A stretch of 64,000 bases of DNA from Candidatus Multivoradales bacterium. GTDB lineage: Bacteria; Acidobacteriota; Thermoanaerobaculia; Multivoradales; J023. Positions 56,801-64,000 of the stretch are shown one piece after another; position 1 is the first letter of the stretch; each line of letters starts with the position of its first letter. The notes beneath the pieces were generated by a model that worked only from the letters and a program-made list of their open reading frames with translations, was not told where the DNA came from and made no database searches. A program made the position numbers and the translations under genes. The DNA is taken from contig CBDFLE010000006.1 in NCBI GenBank assembly GCA_965248925.1, forward strand, positions 2,842,319 through 2,906,318, read 5' to 3'.

Positions 56801-57421
56801 TTAGGCGGCGGCGCCCGGACGGGCTACCAGGCTCTGGAAGTCCTCGTTTTCGCGCAAATCCTCGAGATCCGGGTCATGGAAGGCATGAATGCGGTTCTTG
56901 GGCTCCAATTCGATCGCTCGGGCGAGGCTCTCAAGAGCTGCTTCCTCGGCGCCGGCCATGGCTTGCACGGACGCTTGCAGGTAGGCGAAACGCTCGTCTT
57001 TGGCTTTGCTGTGCTGTTCGCAAAGCTTCAGCGCGGCATCCAAGTTGCCTCGATTCTTCTCGATCACCGCCTGCAGGTAGGGGTCTTTGGTTTCTATCTC
57101 ATCGCGCAGTTGGCTCTCGCAGATCTCGAGGTTCTGCCGCGCGCGGTCGCGCAGCGACATACTAGCGGTTTCTTCGATGACTAGGCGCAGCGTGTCGGCG
57201 GCCTTCTGCCACTTCTTGCCATGCAATTGTTCGAGCCCCGCGGCGTAGGTCTTAAGGGCGACGTCTTGGAACGCCTCGCGCGGCTCGCTCAAGCCCAACT
57301 CGCCGAGCTTGGAAATCACCACGATAGGCTCGACCTTGAAGCGCTGAGCGAGCTCAGCAACATCGTTCTGGTGGTTTTTGGTCAGGTAATTAGTCTCTGC
57401 TTTGGTCCAACGTTTCGGCAT
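56801..57421 (-). CDS. Hypothetical protein; its N-terminus resembles a GcrA-type DNA-binding domain and the remainder is helical and TPR-like
   Basis: MPKRWTKAETNYLTKNHQNDVAELAQRFKVEPIVVISKLGELGLS follows the W-T-x-E...L-x-K...A-x-x-A......I-x-K...LGLS spacing of the GcrA N-terminal domain. It lies 33 nt downstream of mglA on the same strand. Confidence 0.5.
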   Translation of the reverse strand: MPKRWTKAETNYLTKNHQNDVAELAQRFKVEPIVVISKLGELGLSEPREAFQDVALKTYAAGLEQLHGKKWQKAADTLRLVIEETASMSLRDRARQNLEICESQLRDEIETKDPYLQAVIEKNRGNLDAALKLCEQHSKAKDERFAYLQASVQAMAGAEEAALESLARAIELEPKNRIHAFHDPDLEDLRENEDFQSLVARPGAAA

Positions 57422-57454
57422 ATCTCTCCCGGATCGACGGGGTCGTCGTCGGCG

Positions 57455-58039
57455 CTATCGTTTGCGCAATTCGACAAGTATTTGCTTGGCGACCGACTTC
57501 AGGGTGTCGAAAACGCCTCGGCCATTGGTGGCCACGGCCTCGAAGGTCGGTTCGCGTTTGAAGTTCAAGATGCGGTACATCTCGTCTGCTGCTACGACGT
57601 TAGGGAGGTCGCGCTTGTTGAACTGCAGCGCGTAGGGCAGCTCAGCCAAGTCGAGACCGTGCTCCTTGAGGTTGACCTCCAGGTTGCGGATCGACTCGAC
57701 ATTCGAGTCCATCCGCTCCAATTGGCTATCGCCGACGAAGATAACCCCGTCGGCCCCTTTGAGGATCAGCTTGCGGCTGGCGTCGTAGAACACCTGGCCG
57801 GGCACCGTGTAGAGGTGAAACCGGGTGGTGAAACCACGGATTGAACCCAGATCGAGGGGCAGGAAATCGAAGAACAACGTGCGATCGGTCTCGGTCGCCA
57901 GCGAGATCATCTTGCCCTTGGCGTCCGGCGCCGTCTTGTTGTAAATGTACTGCAGGTTGGTCGTCTTGCCACCAAGCCCAGGGCCATAGTAGACGATTTT
58001 GCAGTTGATTTCTTTCGCTGCGTAATTGATGAAGGTCAT
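57455..58039 (-). CDS. mglA: Ras-like motility/polarity GTPase MglA
   Basis: Near-colinear similarity to Myxococcus xanthus MglA as recalled from memory: [79 protein letters not shown] and QFNKRDLPN. 194 aa. Confidence 0.9.
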   Translation of the reverse strand: MTFINYAAKEINCKIVYYGPGLGGKTTNLQYIYNKTAPDAKGKMISLATETDRTLFFDFLPLDLGSIRGFTTRFHLYTVPGQVFYDASRKLILKGADGVIFVGDSQLERMDSNVESIRNLEVNLKEHGLDLAELPYALQFNKRDLPNVVAADEMYRILNFKREPTFEAVATNGRGVFDTLKSVAKQILVELRKR

Positions 58040-58153
58040 GGGAAAATTCTCTAAGAGCGGCGACCAACCCGCCTCCCAGGCCCGAGGCTCTGGTCTTAAA
58101 TCCTGCGCCGACGAGTGGCGGAACTCACCTGCCCTGGTGCCTGGTCCTGGCGA

Positions 58154-58642
58154 TCAGTCGGTGAATAACGCGTCGATGTCTTCGTCGGTAATTTCCGCGA
58201 ATGGAGTGTGTGAAGTTTGCCCTGCGGGGACCGCTGCTGCCGCCTTCTCCGTCATCGCCTCGAAGATGCGATCAAACTCGGAGTCGGCGCGCTTGACCCG
58301 TAGACGCACCAAGCCGAGGGAGGAGCGCTCATCGAAGATCACCTGCAAAATGGCTTGCTTGGCGACGGAGGAGGTATGGATATGATAGCGCTGCCCCTCG
58401 TGGAAGAGCACCGAGAACTCGCGTTCCCCGATCAGTTTGGCGAGACTGTCCGTGGCAGCCACGTTGCCGGCGGTCAGCGACGCCAGAGAGGTGGTGTCGA
58501 AGTGGTCGACGTCACCGGCCGCAGAAATCTGCTGGCCGTTCTTGTCGATCAAGAAGACCGCCTTGGCGTTGGCGTCGTTGTATAGCCGCCGCAGCACCTC
58601 TTCGAGGCGCACAACCTCTTCTTCGTACAGTATGAGATCCAT
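58154..58642 (-). CDS. mglB: MglB (Roadblock/LC7 domain; GTPase-activating protein of MglA)
   Basis: ATG at 58642 (M35). NAKAVFLIDKNGQQISAAGD..HFDTTSLASLTAGNVAATDSLAKLIGE.EF...FHEG is colinear with M. xanthus MglB as recalled, including the C-terminal SLGLVRLRVKRA and FAEITDEDIDALF. Sits upstream of mglA, as in the mglBA operon. Confidence 0.85.
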   Translation of the reverse strand: MDLILYEEEVVRLEEVLRRLYNDANAKAVFLIDKNGQQISAAGDVDHFDTTSLASLTAGNVAATDSLAKLIGEREFSVLFHEGQRYHIHTSSVAKQAILQVIFDERSSLGLVRLRVKRADSEFDRIFEAMTEKAAAAVPAGQTSHTPFAEITDEDIDALFTD

Positions 58643-58764
58643 CGATCGTATGAACTCCCTCGCTCGTGACGTGCGGTCGCCACGGAGATTGAAGGTATAG
58701 CATAGCCGTTCAAGGCCGTCAAAACGACCCCGCTGTCGAAACACCCCGCGTCAGAGCCTTTTTT

Positions 58765-60498
58765 ATGCCCCTTTTTTCGACTTCTGAAAGCGATTTCGCC
58801 GTCGCGCCGTGGTATTTGCGACCGACTTGGTGGCTCGTGCTGGTGGCGCTGAGTATTCCTCTGCTCGGCATCTTGGTCCCTGGCCTGGCGCCGCATGGGT
58901 TCCTGGTGCGGGTCGATCTGATGCTGTTGCTGGCGCTGCTGGGGGCCTTGGCGGCCCAGCACCAGCCGCTGGGCGGCAGTGGTTTAGGCCTAGGCACTTT
59001 GGTGCTGGCACCGGCCATACACTTGCTCGGCGGTGCCCCGGCGGCTTTGGTGGCGGCGGCAGTGTTGATTCTGGCCGCTACTCTGCGGCAGGTGGCGATC
59101 GAGAGATTAACCCCGGAATTGAGCGACGAGCGCCGCTTTGGGCGCACCCTAGAGAACGCTACTTTGGTCGCTGTGTCGTGCCTGTTGGCGGCCATCGCCG
59201 GGCTCGACCGACCCTTGCTGGCAATTTGGCTCTATCTGCTCACCTATGCTCTGCTCGAGCTACTGTTGGCCCGTCTGCGGCGATCCTTCGGCTGGCACCA
59301 GATGGTGGCCACCGCGCGGCCGCTGACCCTCGATGCGATTGGCTGGCTGATCGGTTTGGCCCTGGCCTCCACCGCACCGTCCTGGGGCCGCACCTGGTTG
59401 CTGCTCGCTCTGTTCTCGCTGCTCGCCGCCGAGGCTGCCCGCCATGCTCTGTTTCGCAGTGCCGGCGACCGCCGGGTTAGCGAGCTGCGCCATATCGAGG
59501 GCGCTCGGGCGCGGATCCTCGGTGAGGAGGCCGGACTTGGAGGCATTGCCCAGCAGGTGTTGGTGGAGTGCCGCAATATCTTGCCGGTGGAGTGGTTCGA
59601 ACTCGAGTTGTTGGGCGAGACAGCGGCGGTGGTGGGCGAGGATCCAGCCGCCGTTCGCTGGTCGGCGGGGCCCGAAGGGGCATTGCAGACCGGCCCGCCA
59701 GCGCCCCCTGAGCTACCGCCTTCCCTACCCGGCATCCATCGCCGTCTTGGCTGGCGGGTGATCAAGCAGCGGCTCGAGGCCGAAGGCCGAGCCCTGGCGG
59801 TGGTGCGCTTGTGGTGCGATCCGCGGTGTATCGAAGCGGGGGCGGAGGAGCTGCTCGGTTCGTTGGTGCCGCAGATGGCGAGTTCCCTGGATCGCGCCCG
59901 GCTAGACCGTGAAGCCCGTTTCGACGTGCTTACCGGAGTCCCGGTGCGGCGGGTGTTGGAAGCTCGTTTGCAGCAGATCTATCGCCAGATCTGTGATCGG
60001 GGTCGATCGATGGCAGTGGTGATGTGCGATGTCGACCATTTCAAACGGGTTAACGACACCTACGGCCACGCAGCTGGCGACGCCGCTCTGCGCCAGGTGG
60101 CCGAGGCCTTGTCGGCTGGGCTCGAGGATGGCCAACTAGTGTGTCGTTATGGTGGCGAGGAGTTCACAGTGCTAGCGGAGAACACCGAGGGAGTGGCGGC
60201 TTTGGCGCTGGCCGATCGTTTGCGGGCTGCGGTCGAGGGGATTGAGTTGGAGTGGGAGGGCCAGCGCATTGAAATACGGATGAGTTGCGGTGTAGCTGCT
60301 TTTCCCGAACTCTATGCGCGCACCGCGGGAGAGCTGGTTCTGCTGGCCGACGAGGCTCTCTATCGAGCCAAAGCGTTGGGTCGCAACATGGTGATCTTGA
60401 ATAAAGGGCGGGGTCGCTTTCGAGACGCCTGGGGGCGAGAGATCCAGGACGACCAGGCGACTCTGGCCCCGGTCGAACCACCGCGCATGTTTAGCTGA
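58765..60498 (+). CDS. Membrane-anchored diguanylate cyclase (GGDEF domain)
   Basis: An N-terminal region of about 220 aa has 6-7 TM helices. A central region of unknown function follows. The C-terminal GGDEF domain has an intact active site (RYGGEEF) and an RxxD-like I-site region (RGRSMAV...DVDHFKRVNDTYGHAAGD). Confidence 0.8.
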   Translation: MPLFSTSESDFAVAPWYLRPTWWLVLVALSIPLLGILVPGLAPHGFLVRVDLMLLLALLGALAAQHQPLGGSGLGLGTLVLAPAIHLLGGAPAALVAAAVLILAATLRQVAIERLTPELSDERRFGRTLENATLVAVSCLLAAIAGLDRPLLAIWLYLLTYALLELLLARLRRSFGWHQMVATARPLTLDAIGWLIGLALASTAPSWGRTWLLLALFSLLAAEAARHALFRSAGDRRVSELRHIEGARARILGEEAGLGGIAQQVLVECRNILPVEWFELELLGETAAVVGEDPAAVRWSAGPEGALQTGPPAPPELPPSLPGIHRRLGWRVIKQRLEAEGRALAVVRLWCDPRCIEAGAEELLGSLVPQMASSLDRARLDREARFDVLTGVPVRRVLEARLQQIYRQICDRGRSMAVVMCDVDHFKRVNDTYGHAAGDAALRQVAEALSAGLEDGQLVCRYGGEEFTVLAENTEGVAALALADRLRAAVEGIELEWEGQRIEIRMSCGVAAFPELYARTAGELVLLADEALYRAKALGRNMVILNKGRGRFRDAWGREIQDDQATLAPVEPPRMFS

Positions 60499-60519
60499 TC
60501 CGACGAGTTCCGTACTAAC

Positions 60520-61971
60520 TTAGCGGCGCCAGTAGGCGGCGGTGAACAGGGCCGCGATCGAATACAACTCCAGCCGGCCGATCCACATCAGCAGGACCAA
60601 CACCAGTTTCTGCCAATCGGCGAAGAAGGCGAAGTTGGCCGTAGGCCCGACCTGGCCCAATCCCGGGCCAATGTTGGCCAAGGCGGCGATCGTAGCGCTG
60701 GCGGCTACTTCCAGCTCGAGGTTGCCGACCGAGAGCAGGATGGTCCCCACTACCCAACAGGTGACGAAGAGAAAGAAGAAACCGACGACGCTGCGGACCA
60801 CCGTATCAGGTACCGGCGAGCCGCCGACCAAGACGCGGATGACCGAATTCGGGCTGAAGCTCAACCGCACTTCGCGCACCGCCGCCTTGAAGGAAATCAC
60901 GAAGCGCATGATCTTCATGCCGCCAGCGGTCGAGCCGGCGCAGGCGCCGACGAACATCAGGGCGACGATCAACAGGCGCGAAAAATTCGGCCAGAGATCG
61001 AAGTCGGCGGTGCTGAAGCCGCTGGTGGTGACGATCGAGACCACCTGGAAAATCGAGTCGAGAAGAGCCCGTGGTAGCGAGTCGTAGGCAGGGCTGCTGA
61101 GCAGGTTGAAGGTCATCAAAACACTGGCGCCAAGCAGTAGGCCGAGGTAGATCCGGAGTTCGGAGTCGCGCAATAGGTGCAGCAGCCCGTGACGCGCCCG
61201 GAGTCCGTAGTAGAGGGAGAAATTGACCCCCGCCAGTACCATGAAGACTATGATCACCAGCTCGACAGCCGGCGAATCAAAGGCACCCACCGAGGCGCCA
61301 CGAGGGGAGAATCCGCCGGTCGAGAGGGTCGAGAAAGTGTGGGTCAGGGCGTCGTAGAGGTCCATGCCGACGGCCATCAGAAAGGCGGTCTGGAGAGCGG
61401 TCAGGACCAGGTAGATCTTCCACAAGACGGCGGCGGTATCGTGGACCCGAGGATGCAGCGTTTCGGCGGTGGGGCCGGGAACTTCGAGTTTGTAGAGGAA
61501 GCGTGCGCCTGGCCCGAGTTCCGGCAGCAAGGCGACGAACAGGACGATGATTCCCATGCCTCCCAGCCACTGACTGAAACTGCGCCAGAAGAGAATGCCA
61601 CGGCCGTGATCTTCGATCGTGGTCATGATCGACGCGCCGGTGGTGGTGAATCCCGAGGCAGACTCGAAAAGCGCATCCACCGGGTTACTGAGGGTGCCGG
61701 TGAGCAAATAGGGCAAAGCGCCAAAGAGCGAAGCCAGCAGCCAGCCGCCGACCACGATCAACACCCCTTCGCGGCGGTAGAGGTCGCGCGCATCGCCGCC
61801 ATAGAGCCCCAACGCCACCCCGCTCAGGCCGGTCAGGCCGGCGGTCAGTACGAAGGCCAGGGCGGCCTGGCTCTCACCGTAGATCAAGCAGCACAGGGCG
61901 GGTAACAACTCGGCCACGGCGAGCACCAGCAGCAGGCGTGCCAGCACCCGGCACACGGGACGCAGCTTCAC
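60520..61971 (-). CDS. trkH: TrkH/KtrB-family potassium uptake transporter
   Basis: A multi-TM protein with TrkH signature GFTTTGASI and selectivity-filter-like TSGFSTAD and STGGFS motifs. 483 aa. Confidence 0.85.
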   Translation of the reverse strand: MKLRPVCRVLARLLLVLAVAELLPALCCLIYGESQAALAFVLTAGLTGLSGVALGLYGGDARDLYRREGVLIVVGGWLLASLFGALPYLLTGTLSNPVDALFESASGFTTTGASIMTTIEDHGRGILFWRSFSQWLGGMGIIVLFVALLPELGPGARFLYKLEVPGPTAETLHPRVHDTAAVLWKIYLVLTALQTAFLMAVGMDLYDALTHTFSTLSTGGFSPRGASVGAFDSPAVELVIIVFMVLAGVNFSLYYGLRARHGLLHLLRDSELRIYLGLLLGASVLMTFNLLSSPAYDSLPRALLDSIFQVVSIVTTSGFSTADFDLWPNFSRLLIVALMFVGACAGSTAGGMKIMRFVISFKAAVREVRLSFSPNSVIRVLVGGSPVPDTVVRSVVGFFFLFVTCWVVGTILLSVGNLELEVAASATIAALANIGPGLGQVGPTANFAFFADWQKLVLVLLMWIGRLELYSIAALFTAAYWRR

Positions 61972-62014
61972 CGGGCGAGGCTCCCCGCGCGGCTCGCCAG
62001 CCAGCCGGTCATGC

Positions 62015-63385
62015 TCACCTTCGGTGTCCCGGGAAAAGTAAATTGACGGTGGCTAGTTCTTCGTCCTGGACGAACAGGATTACCGTATCGCCGACCTCGA
62101 GCCGATCTCTGCCTCGGGGCACGAAGACCTTCTCGCCGCGGACCTTGTCGTCGCGGACGACGGCGCCAACAATGACTCCGCGGGGTGGGCTCATTTCGGC
62201 GAGGGTGACTCCGGCGGCCGGGCTGGCCGGCTCCAGCCGGCGCTCGATGACCTGCGCCTGGCCCTGCTGCAGAGAGACGATGTTGGAGCTGAAACCGCTG
62301 TCGATGTAGTCCTGGATCCGGCGGTGGGCGAGGGTTCTCGGAGAGACCACCCGGAGCAAGCCGAGCTTGCGCCACAGATGGGATGTTTCGGTGCGATCAA
62401 CCAGGGCGACGACCTGCGACACGGCGAGTTCTTGGGCCAACAGACTGGCCATCAGGTTGGCTTCGTCACTGCCGGTCAGGGCGACGAATACGGCCGCGTC
62501 GTCGACCCTTTCGGCCCGTAGCAGCGACATGTCGGTAGCGTCGCCGTGGAGGATCTCGAATTTCGGTAGCAATGCCGCCAGCTGCTTGGCGCGGGCTCGA
62601 TCCCGCTCGATTATTCTCACTTGATCAGCCTTGCCGGCCAGGGCGCGAGCAACGGTCAGGCTGGTGCCGCTACCGCCAGCGATGACGATCGTACCGAGGC
62701 TCGGCGGCCGCGCGCTGACCAGCTGCTCGACTTGGTCGATGACCTCGCTCTTCGACAAGATCAACGCCCGGTCGCCAGCTTCGGCGCGGTCGTTGCCCGA
62801 GGGCACGATCAGCTGTCCGCCACGCTGGAAAGCCACCACCAGGCTGCCTCGCGGGAGACGGACATCACGCAGCGGCTGGCGGGTCAGCAGCGATCCGGCG
62901 TCAATCTGGATCTTGCGCAGCTGCACCTTACCCTGGGCGAGGTACTCCACTGCCAGAGTGTTGTGGCCCAGGATGTGGTTCAGGATCTGGGTGGTGGCGA
63001 GCAGTTGGGTCGACAGCATCAGATCGATGCCGAAGACATCTTCGTAGATTCGCCGGTGAATAGTGACTTCTTCGGCGATCCCCACTCGCACGGCGGTGCG
63101 TTGGGCACCCAGATGCCGAGCCAACAGCGAGGCGGCGAGGTTGGCCTCGTCATTAGACGACACGGCTAGGAATAGATCGGCCCGGCTTACCTCGGCGGCT
63201 TGCAGCACTGGTACGTGGGAACCACTGCCGAGGACAAAGCCTACATCTAGCTTTTCCTCGATACGCTGCCGTTTGCTCGGATCGATCTCGACCACCACCA
63301 CGCTGTGTCCGGCGAGGGAAAGGGACTGGGCGAGGTGGAATCCCACTTCCCCTGCTCCCATGACGACGAATCGGTTGCTCTTCAT
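62015..63385 (-). CDS. trkA: Trk system potassium uptake protein TrkA (tandem RCK/NAD-binding domains)
   Basis: Two Rossmann GxGxxG motifs (VMGAGEVG and VIAGGSGTSL) each precede a TrkA_C domain. 456 aa. Lies upstream of trkH in a trkA-trkH operon. Confidence 0.85.
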   Translation of the reverse strand: MKSNRFVVMGAGEVGFHLAQSLSLAGHSVVVVEIDPSKRQRIEEKLDVGFVLGSGSHVPVLQAAEVSRADLFLAVSSNDEANLAASLLARHLGAQRTAVRVGIAEEVTIHRRIYEDVFGIDLMLSTQLLATTQILNHILGHNTLAVEYLAQGKVQLRKIQIDAGSLLTRQPLRDVRLPRGSLVVAFQRGGQLIVPSGNDRAEAGDRALILSKSEVIDQVEQLVSARPPSLGTIVIAGGSGTSLTVARALAGKADQVRIIERDRARAKQLAALLPKFEILHGDATDMSLLRAERVDDAAVFVALTGSDEANLMASLLAQELAVSQVVALVDRTETSHLWRKLGLLRVVSPRTLAHRRIQDYIDSGFSSNIVSLQQGQAQVIERRLEPASPAAGVTLAEMSPPRGVIVGAVVRDDKVRGEKVFVPRGRDRLEVGDTVILFVQDEELATVNLLFPGHRR

Positions 63386-63761
63386 ACGTCGATCGACCTT
63401 GGCTGTTGCGGCTAGAACTCTGCGCTACGCAGGCATTGAGATCTGCATCTTCAAGAAGCCTTCCCGGTCGCAGCGCGGCGATCATCATAGGACAGGAAGT
63501 CGACTCTGGAAAGTCGGCTCGCCGCAGTGCGGCTTGCGAGGAATTCGATCGGCGCATCATAATTCGGCGATTACTGATAACCATCGGTTCCATTGACCAT
63601 CGTCTGGCTCTCTGAAATCAGCAAGCTGGCGGGTTGAGCGAAACCGCAAAACCGCGGTACTACGAACCTACGTTACTGCGACAACAAAGTCGGCGCTGGC
63701 GGCGCCACCGGGCAAAGTTTGCCGGACTGGATGGTTCGGCGAAGCTCCGAGGAGGTTTTCG

Positions 63762-64000
63762 ATGCGAGGCTACCGGGTTCTATGTCTGCTGATCTTGGCG
63801 TTCTTGATGACGGTTCCAGTGTGGGCCCAGAGTGGCGAGATCGAAGGTGCCATCACCCGTGAAGATGGTTCCGGGATTGGTGGTGTAACGGTCGTGGTGT
63901 CCGAACTGGGCGCCGTGGAGATCACTAGCAAGAGTGGTACCTTCCGCTTCAGCGGGGTACCGTCGGGCACCTACACGTTGAGCTTCTCCCTCGGTGACCA
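63762..64000 (+). CDS. 5' fragment of a secreted protein with a carboxypeptidase-regulatory-like N-terminal domain (typical TonB-dependent receptor N-terminus); continues beyond the window
   Basis: ATG at 63762 has GAGGAGG 6 nt upstream. The signal peptide MRGYRVLCLLILAFLMTVPVWAQ is followed by GEIEGAITREDGSGIGGVTVVVSELGAVEITSKSGTFRFSGVPSGTYTLSFS, which matches the CarboxypepD_reg pattern G.V.D..G.P..GV.V........T.TD..G.F.....P.G.Y.L. There is no stop before the window end. Confidence 0.5.
   Translation, partial: MRGYRVLCLLILAFLMTVPVWAQSGEIEGAITREDGSGIGGVTVVVSELGAVEITSKSGTFRFSGVPSGTYTLSFSLGD

Overview
This is a high-GC (about 65%) stretch of a Gram-negative bacterial chromosome, densely packed with mostly housekeeping genes on both strands. 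The MglA/MglB pair, PilY1 and the TonB/ExbBD content suggest a Myxococcota- or Acidobacteriota-like organism, but the phylum cannot be fixed from this window. Recognisable content from start to end: a type IV pilus minor-pilin/tip-adhesin module (PilW-like fragment, PilX, ~1460-aa PilY1) followed by an unknown secreted protein; an orphan sigma-54 activator; ychF, the tldD/pmbA pair and an acyl-CoA carboxylase carboxyltransferase; a Lys/Ala-rich histone H1-like protein; rpiB, glyA, folC, accD; a pseudo-receiver fused to a Ser/Thr kinase; yebC and ruvC; an exbB-exbD-exbD-tonB cluster followed by a DUF4388 (PATAN-type) protein, a TPR protein and a putative outer-membrane protein; ftsE and ftsX; gatB, rlmN; tatA (missed by the ORF track); a lytic transglycosylase, a Fis-like regulator, a LysM protein, cpoB, bamD, rpe, a PASTA protein and rseP; an IS200/RAYT-like transposase with REP-like tandem repeats inserted between cdsA and rseP; uppS, truA; a GT87/GT2 glycosyltransferase pair; uvrD, glmS, glmU; the mglB-mglA motility GTPase module with an unknown downstream gene; a membrane GGDEF cyclase; trkH and trkA; and the 5' end of a TonB-dependent-receptor-like gene. 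The most interesting candidate system is the ExbB/ExbD/ExbD/TonB-like plus PATAN plus TPR plus OMP cluster, in a genome that also carries mglBA: it may be an Agl/Glt-like proton-driven envelope motor rather than a plain iron-uptake TonB system. Many long ORFs on opposite strands or in alternative frames are GC-driven artefacts and are not reported as genes. All functional calls come from motif and family recognition by eye, not from database searches.
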